Part shown: positions 11,319 through 24,005 of the stretch, piece after piece
Layout of the letters: the number at the start of each line of letters is the position of its first letter
Position numbering within the stretch: position 1 is the stretch's first letter
Source of the DNA: Lama glama
Taxonomy: Eukaryota
Direction: 5' to 3'
Assembly: GCA_028534125.1 (NCBI GenBank)
Contig: CM052818.1
Coordinates: forward strand, 45,820,001 to 45,884,000
DNA length: 64,000 bases
Translations under genes and position numbers: made by a program
Notes under the pieces: generated by a model
What the model was told of the DNA's origin: nothing
The model's input: the letters and a program-made list of their open reading frames with translations, nothing else
The model's database searches: none

Positions 11319-13846
11319 CTAAAAGAGCAGAAGAAAAATAATAACAAAATGCTGTTAATTACAAAATGCTGTTTTCGTTGCTTGAAAACACAGACAGTCT
11401 ATGTGTTAATATAGTGATACAGTCACTCAGCGTTCCATTTTTCACAAAAGCACGTGCAAAGACGCGGATGAGAGCCTGTCCGAGAGGGGGTGGGGCCCAG
11501 TTCTGGAGAGAGCTTGAATCAGGTGCCTGTTATTTCTCCTGAGTTTACAGATGTCGTTAGTGTGTTGTAAGGCCATAGTTTTCCAGAATCAATACTTTAC
11601 AGAACAGTTTTACATTTATAGAGAAATAGAGCAGAGTACAGAGCTGCTCCCCACCCCATCAGCACCTCGCGCCGTGCGGTGCCTTTGCTCTGCGTGGTGA
11701 GCACACGCTGTGCAATGCTACCAATTGGAGTCAGTCCACAGCGGGGCTCCCTCTCTGGGCTGCACACTCCATGGGTTCTGACAAACGGACGACGACACGA
11801 ATCGATCCAGCCACTGTACTTCCGTCACTGGGTGAAGGCCTTGCTCTGGAGTCAGACGCACCTGAACTGAATCTGCTCTGACTCCCTTTCAGTTGGCAGG
11901 TGACCTTCCTAACCCTCAGCCCCCTCGCACCAGAGACTCTCACCTCACGCACCACAGGACTGCTGTGGGATTAAGGCGTGTCCCGCACAAAGGAGTTAAT
12001 TTCAGATACAGAATTACGAGAAGGAAAAAAACAAGTTACCATCCCACGGCGCGGGCCCAGAAGAAACATCAAAGGCCCGCATCCCAGCCAAGGCCTGTGC
12101 CCCGGACTGCTCTGCCCCGAGCCTCTGCAGAGGGCAGCAGGGTGCCGGCTAGGGTGGCTGCAGCCACTCAGGGCGGGCCTCGGCCTCGGCCCCTCCTCGC
12201 TGTTGTGACCAGCGGGTGGGTCCACACAGCTCGATGGAACCAGTGCGGGATAGGCTCCGGAGGTTTTCCTTTCAGGGCGCGGCAGCCGTCGTTAAAGGGA
12301 GGGGCTGAATCACCACAGGGCCAAGCCACTGACTGAGCCGAGATCAAACTCTGTACTTGAGCTGTTGTCCAGACCACCCCCTTCACCCCGGGGTTACCAC
12401 CCGCCTGCCCTCAGTGTGAGGGCAAAGCTGGGGGCCGCACTGAGAAACGGGGCCTCTGAAGACCAACGTGCAGATGGCTTTCAATCTAAAAACATAACAC
12501 TTTTCAAACCAAATCCAAGCTCCAGTCATACAAACAAGTTCCCTTCTCTTCTGTACCACAGGATAGTAATTCTCTGTTTACTTATGAAGTCCCCACCCCG
12601 GGAGATGTAAGCTGAATTCCTTATGAGCTGTGGACAAGTTGTATCTGGCACAGTGAGTCTCAATCTTTTTAACACTCTCCTTGTTCTCCATAATCGAGAG
12701 TTTGCCTGATTCCTATGAAGTGAGGAAGGGCTGCCAGGAGGCAAGGTAAGGAAGAGGAAGCCAGAAGAAATCACAGAAAGCAGAATGACGGAGAGCGGAG
12801 TGCCAAGGGCAGTGTTGGCTGTGGTGCGGGGGAAGGGGCTCGCCGAGAGCTGTGAATGTGGAGCTCCCAAGGGAGACCCCGCGACAGCGCCCCCACCACT
12901 GTCCCATCGCATTTATCAGCACCTGGCCAATTTCACAGCAGTCTCTCTGCTTATCTTATTCTCTCTGCCTTCCTAACTAGAACCTAAACTCCATTTGGCA
13001 CCGTCACGTACGCCTATAACTCTGGTGCCCAGAATGGTGCCTGGCACAAAGCAGGCCCCTAACAGATATTTGTTAAGTGAATTCAACACACTGCAGTGGT
13101 CAGGGGGAGCCAGGAGAAGCCTATTTCCAGCCCACTCATGCACACGCTCTGAGCTCAAAGGTTCCTGTGATTTACGGGGGCCAAGGCTGTGAATACCAAG
13201 ATGTGGTGCTGATTCTGTAAATTTCACCCGGGGCCAAAGCCAAAATGGGGGACCAGCATGGCACCCTCCTCACGTCTCCCTGAGGTCCCAAAGGGCAGGC
13301 AGGGTGTTTTGCTTATGGGCCTTTGCTGAGATCCTGCAGGAGGGGCCTAGGGTCATCTCTGGCCACACCTCTAAATGTTCACAAATAGGCTTTGGGTGTG
13401 ATCTTGACACAAGTTCGGTCATTCCCCAGGATCAGGAGTTTCAAAGGCAGACCAAAGAGCCACTGTTTTATGCATGAAGCTTTTAAGATTTTATTTGATT
13501 GAAATAATTTTTGTTAGTTTCTAAGTAGTTTAAGTGGGAATCTCCCTTTAACCAAGTGTATGAAAATTAAACTATTCTCTAGGTCATCACAAATTCTCAA
13601 TTCAGCGGACCAGACATTGCTGAGTGACTGCCATCCACCAACAGTGGTGTGTGATGGGGCAGCCCCGCAACGACTGAGCACCATGGGAGGCGAGGTAAAA
13701 CGTGGCATGTGCCACAGGCACAGACAAGGCGCCTGGACTCAGGAAAGGTTTCAGTACAACAAAGAAAGGAATTTGGATGGTCTGGTAAACTGTTCCAACA
13801 TAATTCTATGTAAGTGTTCAAGAGAATTACAGTTTCTACTACTTAC

Positions 13847-13932
13847 GGCTTCCATGAGGCCTTTCAAAGATGGAGTCCTGAGCATCAGGGCATCAAAGAC
13901 TTCTTCTGCCTCCTTTCGCACATAGAGCAGCA
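13847..13932 (-). CDS. GRHL1: GRHL1 exon 14 (dimerisation region, [28 protein letters not shown])
   Basis: ggaccag|TGCTGCTC ... GAAGCC|gtaagt; 86 nt. Confidence 0.96.
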
Positions 13933-14267
13933 CTGGTCCCCAGGCAGGAATAAGCAGGGAAGAAGAAAAACGCAGTTCATTGATAGGAATGAAATAAGAA
14001 AACAGATTGTGGGTTTTGGTTAAAATAAAAAGAGACAGCACATCAAGGCCAGCAAACAGGAAGCGACACAAAACCCGTCGTAAGGAACAGAACTTCCAGC
14101 TTCCTTTAGCTCGGCTGTAAGTCCAAGCTCGAGCCAGGAGTAGGTCTGATGGAAGAGCACTCAAGGAAGTCAACACTGACAAGATTTGTTTGAGCAACTG
14201 ATACTTTTGACAGACTCAGAACTCACTTCCAATTTAAAGCTCCCTTAGGAAATGTAAACCAACGCAC

Positions 14268-14359
14268 CTCTCTTTGGTTCCTCTACCCGAGTCAGCTTAG
14301 CAGGAGGGGGAATCACAAAATCTTCTTCCGATCCGTATGGCCCCCTTTTCAAGTTAGAC
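14268..14359 (-). CDS. GRHL1: GRHL1 exon 13 (SNLKRGPYGSEEDFVIPPPAKLTRVEEPKR-V)
   Basis: ctcccctgcag|GTCTAAC ... AGAG|gtgcgt; 92 nt. Confidence 0.94.
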
Positions 14360-15539
14360 CTGCAGGGGAGCCAAAGTATGTAATTGGAGACTTCACCTTA
14401 AATCACTTGCAGAAACAAAAGGAGTTGGTGGGGGAGTGGCATATCACTAAAGTTTAGATTTTAAATGATCTTTGTTCTTTATTTGGCCCAGCTTTCTTAT
14501 TTTGTGGATGAAAATCAGACGCCCAAGGAAAGAGGCTGACTGAAGCAGGCCCAGGCTATTGAATGACCGAGCTGGGACCACAGGCAGGCACCTGCCAGAG
14601 ACCCTCACGGCCCTTATGTGGCTTAAGCTGCCCTCTCAGGAACGGAATTTCTTTTCAGGAAAAAATTTATGGAGGAGGAAAGGTCTGAGATGCAAGTGAA
14701 GGTGGTAACAGAGGAGATGGCGTGTCAAAAAAGGGAGGAAATGTGACGGGGAAAATGCAAAGCCAGGCTGGCTGAAGCAGAATGTTCCACAGGAAGACAA
14801 AGCTAGTCTGGAAAGTCCTGGTCACACAGCTCTATGGAATTTTAGATTTTATGCTGTAGGTATCAGGGAATCTGAAAGTTCTGTGGGACGAGAGTGCTGG
14901 CAGAGACCGGAGGGGACTCCAGGACCTACAAGCAGAAGAACCAGCTAGAGGACTCTGGGGACAATCACAACATAAAATTCCAAAGGGGTAAAATACAGCA
15001 GTGTCAGTGGACATAAAAAGGGGAAAATGTTTATAGAAGAAAGGACTGAAAAGATCAGAGTGGTTGTCAAAGGCACAAGTTCCGGGTGCAGTTCAGAGCA
15101 GGTGAGCAAGAACACAGTAAAGCAACTGAAAAACTAACTGAAAATGAGGTAAGTGCTTGTTTTCAAGCAGAATCACCACTTTAGGAATAGGGATTGGGCC
15201 TTAAAATATTCAGTCTGTCTCAGTTTCCACCACGTAACAGGCCTCAAAAGCACCTGCAGGATTTATGCTGGAGAACCGGCCTTCGAGGAAAGGCCTGTGG
15301 CCAGTGTGGGCGGGCATGGGGAGCTAGGATGGCCCAGAGAGGGGACTGGACCCTCAACACGGCAGAGCACTGAGCAGGGGGCTGCGGGCAGGCAGGCCAA
15401 GGAGGAGCAGCAACACCTCAACAGCAGCGAGCACACCCGGGGGCCTCCTCTGGGTTTCCACCACGAGGAACCAGGGTTTCCTGGAGAAGAGGCTGATTCT
15501 AGGGCTGAAGAGGAGAAAACACAAGTGCCGGGAACACAC

Positions 15540-16372
15540 TAGGCCTGAAAGTGAGGAAGTGCTTGAGCAGTGGGGGGTGGGAGGGTCACGTCAAAGGGAC
15601 CCAGGAGCAAGCCTGAGGGATCCCGCCGGCCCCCGAGACAATGTGAGCAGAGTAAATGATGTAGGTCACAACTTACTGAATAAAACGGGAAACCATGAGT
15701 CCATACTGATATAAATATATCAGTGAAGAAATTCAAAGTCTGACAAGGAATGAGATATGTACAAAGCTACAAAGCACCTCCTCACAAAACACTAACTACA
15801 AAAGGAGGAAGAATATTCCACAGTGCTGAAGCCTGGCAGACACCACCTTAATCAAGTGATCGGAGGGAACGCTGTCAGCCGAGGGGAGGGGTGCACTGAC
15901 GGTGTCCCACCCAGCAGGACACACAGGGCGAGGCCTCGTGTGTGACAGTCCTGCAGAGAGGCATGATCTAACCCAGCCAAGGGAAAACAGAGGGGCGTCC
16001 TACAAAACAGCTGGCTTGCAGCTCAGGAAAGTCAAGGAGAGACTGAGACTGTTCCAGACTGAAGGAGATTAAGGAGATGGGACAACTAAATGCATTGTAT
16101 GAGTCTCAGCTGGATCCTTTTTTGCCACATTATTGGAACAACTGGCAAAGCCTGGACGGGGTATGAGGACTGGCTGGTACTGAGTTCTCAGTGTTAATAT
16201 CCTGACTTTGACTGCTGTGCAGGAGGAATCCTTGTTTGCGGAAATACACACCAGTGTACTTAGGAGTGATGGCTCACTGGGCTGGCAACTAACTCTCAAA
16301 CAGCTCAGGAAAAAATGAATTCTTTGTATTGTACTTGTAATCTGTAGGTTTGATATTGTTTCAAAAGGAAAA
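15540..16372 (+). mobile_element. Ancient L1MC-like 3' end in intron 12
   Basis: cctggcagacaccaccttaatcaagtgatc; gacaactaaatgca; ctttgtattgtacttgtaa..ctgtaggtttgatattgtttcaaa. Confidence 0.7.
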
Positions 16373-16407
16373 GAATTTATTAAAACAAAACGAAACACAA
16401 ATCTTAC

Positions 16408-16445
16408 CCTTCAACCTCCAATTCTTCTGAGGTGATGGGAAGGAC
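16408..16445 (-). CDS. GRHL1: GRHL1 exon 12 (VLPITSEELEVE-G), 38 nt
   Basis: tttttgtcctag|GTCCTT ... GAAGG|gtaaga. Confidence 0.94.
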
Positions 16446-16634
16446 CTAGGACAAAAAAGAAAAAAGGAAGAAAGAAAAACAGATTGCTTTTCAAGCATGT
16501 GCTAAATATTGCAGACCTTAAACGAATTGTTTCTAAAATGAAAATAGTTTTGAATTTGACCCATCTCATACAAAATCCTTTAGCCTTATTTCCCCATAAC
16601 CAGACTCTCAGGGCTGCCCTGAACTCCTCTAACT

Positions 16635-16848
16635 CAGGGGTTGGCAAACCACAGCCCAGGGGCCGAGTCTGGCCCAAGGCCTGTTTATGTAAATAAAGTG
16701 TTCACCAGAACAAGGCCAGGCTCATTCATGGCGCAGTGTTTACGGTGGTTTTGGCACCACAACAGCAGAGGTGAGCAGTCACAACAGACCCCCAAAAGCC
16801 TAAAATGTTCATTACTCAACCCTTTACAACACAGACTGCCAGCCCCCG
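16635..16848. mobile_element. hAT-Charlie MITE (MER58A-like)
   Basis: caggggttggcaaac terminus, gtaaataaagt core, degenerate inverted end. Confidence 0.75.
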
Positions 16849-17501
16849 CTCACCCCAAAGCTTCTCACTAGGAACTGAACACGGCAACAGCGGCCTTCCC
16901 GAAGGGCTCTGAAAACGCGTCGGCCTGTGGGAGGCTGTGTCAGGCGCTCGCAGGTGTCTTGTGGGTTTTTATTTGCACTCAGCATGGAGGCCCTACCTCG
17001 GAGCTTCTGCTCCAAGTGGAGCGTGATTATTTGTTGTATTTCACATTAGTTGCCAAGACACGGCCAGACATGCGCCAGTGATGATCCATTAACTGAAACC
17101 ATAAAGCCCTTGAATGTTTTCTGTGCCATTAAGGCCCCTACCCTAGGTTTTCCTCTGGCTCTTCCCTCCTCTCCAGGCCCATGTAAGTTAAATTCACAAG
17201 ATCACAGACTCAAACTCCATGTTACTATTCCAGCATCTTTTAAATGAGCTAAGATATAAATATATAAACACACCCAGGATTTAGCTGCTGGGTCTGGCAC
17301 TGCGGTTCCAAAGCAGCAGGGTTAAACACACCCTGCTGCAAGGACATCGAGTCACCAAGACGGAGCACTCCAGAGAGCTGACCCCAAACCCTGGGCCAGC
17401 CTCACTAAGCTTTGGCTTTTGTTTACGATGAATAATACCAAAGACTTTCCCTTTGTGGAGTTTCACTTTCTTGCAGCCACCCTGGGATCCTGGTTACCTA
17501 C

Positions 17502-17641
17502 GTGAGCGCCCCGCTGCAGGTTGGCGAAGTGCACGTCAGGGATGAAGAGGACAGGCTGAGTGTCCAGATCAAGAAAGGGCTTGAAAACTGTGATATCCAT
17601 TCGTTTGTGAGAGGGGAGCAGTGGCACTTTAACATCAGAAA
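17502..17641 (-). CDS. GRHL1: GRHL1 exon 11 ([46 protein letters not shown])
   Basis: long T tract + aag|TTTCTGAT ... GCTCAC|gtaggt; 140 nt. Confidence 0.96.
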
Positions 17642-18959
17642 CTTAAAAAAAAAGAAAAAAACAAAAACAAAAACAGGACACTACAGTCAACAGCTTACAT
17701 ACACAGACTCACGCAGGCCAGAGCATTTTCCTTACTGTTTAAGAAATTTAAATTGTAGCAGAATATGAGACACAGGTCATGCTGCCTGAACTGAGAAAAA
17801 ATCACAGCTTACGTGAAGAAACAGGTTGTTTGAATTTACACTAAAAATCAATTGCAAATCTTATCAAAACCAGAAGAGAAAAAGGCATCTTTAAACACAC
17901 ACAGACACATACATACAGAAGATCTGGAACAGAGGCAAAGCATGCTGAGGTTTTGTCTGAAAGACTAAAACTTATGACTGTATAAACGTAACTCAGGAGC
18001 AATTTCACCTTAGCTCTCCTCATTAAATAATTTATTCCAACAGCAACGTCCTCTTCGACATCAGAATATGCACCTTAACCTCACACCTTCATCTTCAGAA
18101 CCAGACCTCAGGAAGGGTAAGAGTCAGCATGATTGTCTAGTTTTTAGGTATTAAATTATAGACTCCATCCTCCTCCACCGTCTGGCCCTGAAGTGCTCAG
18201 TGATGAGCTCTCCAAGGTAGTTAGCTGCTTCCTGAAGTGACTTCACGAGTCTGCACTTTGATGCTGGCGGGAGAGCCCGGACTAACGTGCTTCAGGCCAA
18301 AGTCCCCGGATGCTCAGAGAGCAGGCGTGGCCGCCCACGCCCTGCAGGTGAGGCAGCACCCGCACAGAGCAGCCTGCTCTTTCTCCTTTTAGCTGAGAGC
18401 TACAGGATTTTGTGCGTATGAATATGGGTCACATTAAAAAAAAGAAAAAGAAAAAGAAAAAAGAAGAAAGCTTTCCTGGTGAAATGTCCAAACAGAAGCC
18501 TATAGAGTTTGCAAGTGTTAGAATGCACAACCTAAGAAAACTGCACTCATTTGGAATTAAAACAATCTGAATTCCAAAGGATGTTATTATTGTTCTTAAA
18601 ATGTTAGGTAAGTTCCAATTTCATCGTCAGCTATTCGGGTGGAATGTGTGTAATCTTTCAGGACTGGACCCAGCAACCTGAACTATGGAGCCAAAGAGCC
18701 AAAATGGTCTGAACTCTGGGAAAATTCAGGAATCCTGCCAGTAGTTCCCTAAGAAAAGCACTTAGTTTAGCCCTTCATCTGTTTTTGTACCTCGTAAAGA
18801 AGCAAAGCCACCACTTCACAGTAGTTAAGAAAATATCCACTACTCTATCCTCTGCTTGAAAACCCCAGTCACTGTTCTGGGTGGAAAAGGTCTAAAACAC
18901 TCGGTGGAAATACTTCTACTTACAGGCGTTCAGCTGGGAGCTGGGGTCAGGACACTTGC

Positions 18960-19011
18960 CTTTTCTTTTGCTTTGTTTTCGCTCTTCATCCCTGATTTTC
19001 CGTTCAGCTCC
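18960..19011 (-). CDS. GRHL1: GRHL1 exon 10, short form with GC donor (GAERKIRDEERKQSKRK-V); long form extends to 18924
   Basis: ttacag|GGAGCT ... AAAAG|gcaagt (52 nt) or ... GCCT|gtaagt (88 nt); both in frame with exon 11. Confidence 0.9.
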
Positions 19012-20129
19012 CTGTAAGTCAAGAGAAGACACTCTTGTTTATCTGATCCCCTTGAGAATACCTAACTCTCCTCCTGACCAGTGGGGGGAAAGTATCTCTT
19101 CCTTGGAGATGAACCATGTTGCTTATTATATTCACAGAGCTTATCATAGTAGTTTCCTCAGAAAAGCCCAGTCTTAAAGCTATTTTTAACTATATGAAAT
19201 TCCAGGAAAACATTTGTTTAAAAAACAAATAGAGCAAAATTTCCCTCAACAATGGATGTGGCCAAATTAAATGGAAGGCCAAGAAAATCTGCTAATGTAT
19301 CACACACCGGCTTCAAAGACACAAGCGACTTCTCTCGTTGCCTAGTAACAAGAAAACCAAGGAGCAAATACAAGTTGATCCGACTCTGACTGCACTTCCC
19401 TGTAGGGGCAAAGTGGTCACTGAAAGCTGTGCTTCTGTCCACAGAAGGACTTGGCATCAACTAAGTGACAGATTTGACCAACTACGACTCACAAAAGCAA
19501 ACATTTAACTAGAAATCTGCAGTCACTAAAAAAAAAAACGTGTACTCCCAGGCCTACAGAGAGCACATATACACACAGTGTGCACCAACTATACAAAGAA
19601 CGGCCGTGCCACACAACTGAACCCACGAGCACATGAGTAACAAACACGGCCTAAAACTAAGCAAGTAAGTGCAATAAAAACAAAACTACTCATTAGTCAT
19701 TTTGCTTGACCTACTGACATTTATTTCTGGATGGCACAGATTTCTTTACAAAGTCATCCAGGTAAGTATGAACTGCTGGCTTATTTTTCTGTAAATAAAT
19801 TCTCTGTTAGCAGAAAGAGGCAATAAAAATCATCCCACTCATTTTAACATTATTATACAATAAAATCACATTTTAAAATATGGAATACAAAACCACCTTC
19901 TGCCTCTTTCAGAAGGTTTTCATCTGCTAACGTATCAGTAAACACGCAACCTGCTTATGAACACCGCTGTGTAACCCTGACATTACCTCCCGGACAGAGA
20001 AGAGGCAAGTATCGCCAGTCTGCTAGCCATGACTGTCGGGGCTGGTTTCTCTCAGTCCCTCCCAACAGCCTAACAATAACTTCACTGAGATGATAAAGCA
20101 TACCCCCTTAAAGGTCGTTGTACAAAACA

Positions 20130-21745
20130 GGACATTCCCCTCCTGACTCGTGAGCTCTACCTACAAAGAACGCTAAGATGAAATAACGCAGACCAGAGCC
20201 ACCCTCCACACAGAAACGACCAAAAAAGGAAACAACAAAATGCATGACAAGGGATTTTTTAAGGCTCCAACCACGAGGCAGTGAAGAACAGTAATTCTTG
20301 AGAAGCAGGAAGCATGCGCGGCGAGCCCTCCGGGGGCGGCCCGCCCTCCCGGGGCTTCCAGGCTGCGGCCCAGGGAGGGGTGTCCGGCGGGCTCCTTGGG
20401 CCAGGTTCCCCAGACTGGGGAGGCAGAGATGAAGCCCACAGACATCAAGGTGGCGAGCCAAAGTGACCAAGAGGAAAGTTACAGGAGAAAGAACCCAGAG
20501 GTCTTCAGAGGGCCCCCGAGGACTCAGCAGAGAGAGCACAGGGGTAAGGAAGCCAGCCACGGTCGGGGAATAAAAACCATCTGAAAAGACGAGAGAGCAG
20601 GGCCCGACACTCACGCAGGGCCCAAAACTGTGCCTGTGCCCAGCAATCAGACTGAAAACACACCCAATCCACAGGGCCGTGGTGGCAGAGTCAGGAACAC
20701 CTCGCCTCAGAAGTGGACAATAACGGGCCTGACTCTGAGCACTGGTTCAGATCCACCACTCAAACTGCAAATGCGAGACCCAAAGGGGTCAAACTGTTTC
20801 CGAGGAACATCACTAGACCTCATGACAAAGCTCAAGACGAGTCACAGGATTACAAAAGCACCCAGCACCCAACAAGGTAAAACTCAGGACGTCTGGCATC
20901 CAGCGAGGCTGCAGGCAGCCAGGGAGGCAGGAGAGCACAAGTGCGGAGGATGATCAAGCCACCGAGACAACCCAGAACCGACACGGAAGTTACTTAGTTA
21001 ACACAGCCGCTGAGGCTGCAGTTCGTATGGTCAAAGCCAGTGGAAAAAACTGAACGTGGTAAAAAGAAGCTTGAAAGTTATGAAACAGATTCGAATGGAT
21101 ATTCTAGAGATGAAAACTACGTCTGGGATGAAAAATACAGGGGAAAGGATTACACCGTGCAGATAAGGCAAAAGGAAAGACGGGGGAAACTTTAGGGCAT
21201 AAAATCGGAACTATCCAAAATGAAACACAGAGAGAAAAGGCTGTCCAAAAAAATAAAAAGAGCATCAGTGAGCCGTGGGACACCTTCAAGCAGCCGGACC
21301 ACGTGTGACGGGCGTTCTCAAAGGAGGAAGTTGCAAACACAGGTGAAGAAGTAACAGCTGAAAGGTTTCACACGTGATGAAAACTGTAAACCCACAGATT
21401 CCAGAGGCTCAATGAGCTCTAAGAAGCCGAGAGACACACATCAAGGACTCAAAACCAGTAAAAAGAGACAATCTTAAAAAATCATAGAAAAAAAAAAAAG
21501 GACGTGTTTAATACAGAAGAACACAGATAACGATGAGCGATTTCTCATCAGAAACAACAGGAGCGTGAAGAGGGAAGAGCTGTATCTTTAAACACTGTTA
21601 GGAAAAAGAGTCAACCAGAATTTTATAGCTAGCAAAGAGAGCTTTCAAAGTTGAAAGTGAAATAAAGGTTCAGACAAACAAGAGCTGAAAGCCTTTGGCA
21701 GCAATAGGTACACACACTGCAGGAATGTTACAGAAAATCCCATGA
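20130..21745 (+). mobile_element. Ancient L1M 5' UTR + degenerate ORF1 in intron 9
   Basis: ORF1-like motifs gatttctcatcagaaacaa, tcaaccagaattttata, gtgaaataaag..tcagacaaacaa; L1M-like 5' UTR at 20270-20560. Confidence 0.7.
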
Positions 21746-24005
21746 CATCATGGAGAACCTGTCAAGCTGTTTTGACTCTTTCTTTCTCTCGGTCAACAAC
21801 TAAGGAGACCGATCCGGGGCAATCCCGCCAGGCCGCGGGACACAGAGTTAACCTGGACCGTCTGCTCCCAGTCACAGCTACAGTGACCATCACTCTGATG
21901 AAGGAGAAGGCCAGCTGCAGGAAGTAAGCGCCAACGACACTCTTCTCTGTCAGGATGGACCAGGGGTGTATATACGAGCTCACACAAAGGGGAGCGGCCA
22001 CATTTCCATTGGTTAGGGCGCCAATGTCTGTTCCTGTTTTCTCTGAAAAAGTGCTGAACTGCTGCTACTTCTGAAGTAAGAGCAAATTCCATTTACCAAA
22101 CTAGTTAAGCAATTCATAACAGAGTGCTGATGAAACGTTCTTCTTAGAAGAGAAAAACAATGTAAATACCTCTGAAGGACATCAAAAGATGTCTTATTTC
22201 TAGTTTCTTACTACAAATGCACAATCTGTACTACAAATGTGGACGTGTAGGTTTGTAACACGTGAGAGCTGTAAGAGCCAGCAAAGGGAAATGAACGGAC
22301 AGGCACCAAGTAGCAAGTGAGTCAAAGCTGAGAAAAGAGGGACTCAAGAGAGTCCCCAGAGAAGAGGCAGCACAGGACAGACCCAGGACAATCAACCACA
22401 AGGTTAAAACTAGAGGCACAGATTCAGAAGGGGTGGGGTCACAGTGGGTTTCACGGGTTTGAAAGGTTCAAGGACTTTGAAAATTAATTACACACAGCAC
22501 ATACACGTTGTCTTCTCACGCAGGATTTTATATTACCCGTAACAGCTGAGATTAAAAACTGGGGATGAGCACAGTGTCTAGTTTCACCTGCTGTGTCCCT
22601 TAGGTACCTCGCTATTATAGGACACTCACCACCACTCCTACACACACGAGGGCTGCAAGCGGGAGAGGAGACCAACGATTTCCTCTCCGTGTAGACCTCT
22701 ACTGCAGCAAAGGGGAAGCAGGTAGGGAGTATTTTTCAGGGGCCTTACAGAGAAAGCCAGCCCCATGAAGGCCGAGGTGACTGGGCCCCTGGTGACAGGC
22801 CACACAGAGCCCTGCTACATGCGGATGCCTGGTTTTGTGTGATTTCCTTTTACCACCAACAGAGCTCACAGCCGAGCAATAAAAACACAGTGATGGACTC
22901 TGGCCTCATATCTGACATGCTCTCCAAGAACTTGGATGATATGTTCCCATCACATGTGATCTAAATGTACAGATGAGCACACAAGGAGCAACACCAGAAA
23001 ACGAAACCACGTGCTGTCCCAAACCACAAGTTTGCAACTTGAAGAAAAGGCCTTCTGATTCACAGAGTGCATCGGCACGCACTCACACAACAGAGAGAAC
23101 TGGCTTCTAAACTTTGTACGTCTGCCAAGTAATAAAATAACTTGGGACTATTCATGAAGCCTTTCCTCTTTTCCATTTTCTAAATCAGCTACCAATACAG
23201 GAGCCTCCCTCGAAAAGTCTTGATATTAAAACAAAATTTGTTTAAGAGCACAAATCAGTGCTGTTCCTTCTCCTGGTCTTTACCATCTGATGTGGAAACC
23301 TGAGCTCATGCTAACTGGTGCTGACATCCTCTCACACAGCAGAAGTCAGAATGTGAGCTGTGGGCCAGTATCAGTCCATAGACAGTACAGCCCGAGTAAC
23401 ACCACACAGAAACTGAGTCAGCATTTGGAAAGCAATTAGAATGTCTGCTGAATCAAACAATAAAAAATTGGAGCCTTTAGTTTGCATGACTTCATGTTTT
23501 ATTTTACTTTTCTAGCAATTCGTTTGAATTTTTCTTGTATTTTACAGAAGCAGAAGTAGTTCATGTTGAAATAAAAGATATGGTCTCACCACAGACAGTT
23601 GGGGGACACTGCTTTAAGAGACCTGAGCCCCGAGGACAGGCCCTGACCCAGATGCAGGCCACAGGCAGCCCTGAGGACACGATGTGAGGCTAGCCAAGTC
23701 TCGTAAAGAACAAACACCTTCAAAACAAGAACTTACTTGTGAATTCTAAAGTCAAGGAAAGTTATTAAACAGACATGGAATTTCTTTAGAAATAGTAGAT
23801 ATGAAATTTTTTTTTAATTGAACCGATGTTCTGCCTAGATTTTTAGAAAAAGAACATGGACATTCCTCATGTTTTTCTTAAGGTTTTCTTTTAGCTAAAA
23901 AGAAGAATGTGGTATGAAGGAAAGAAATTTGATTTAGGGTCAGAAATCCCTGCTCTATACTAGATGTGACCTGTCATTTGTAACATGCAGCATACGTGCA
24001 AGCCC

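Noticed and set aside
13751..14197. 148-aa ORF as a standalone gene; likewise 25368..25643, 43942..44154, 46899..47300, 51904..52110
   Set aside because: Each is a GRHL1 exon read through into flanking intron.
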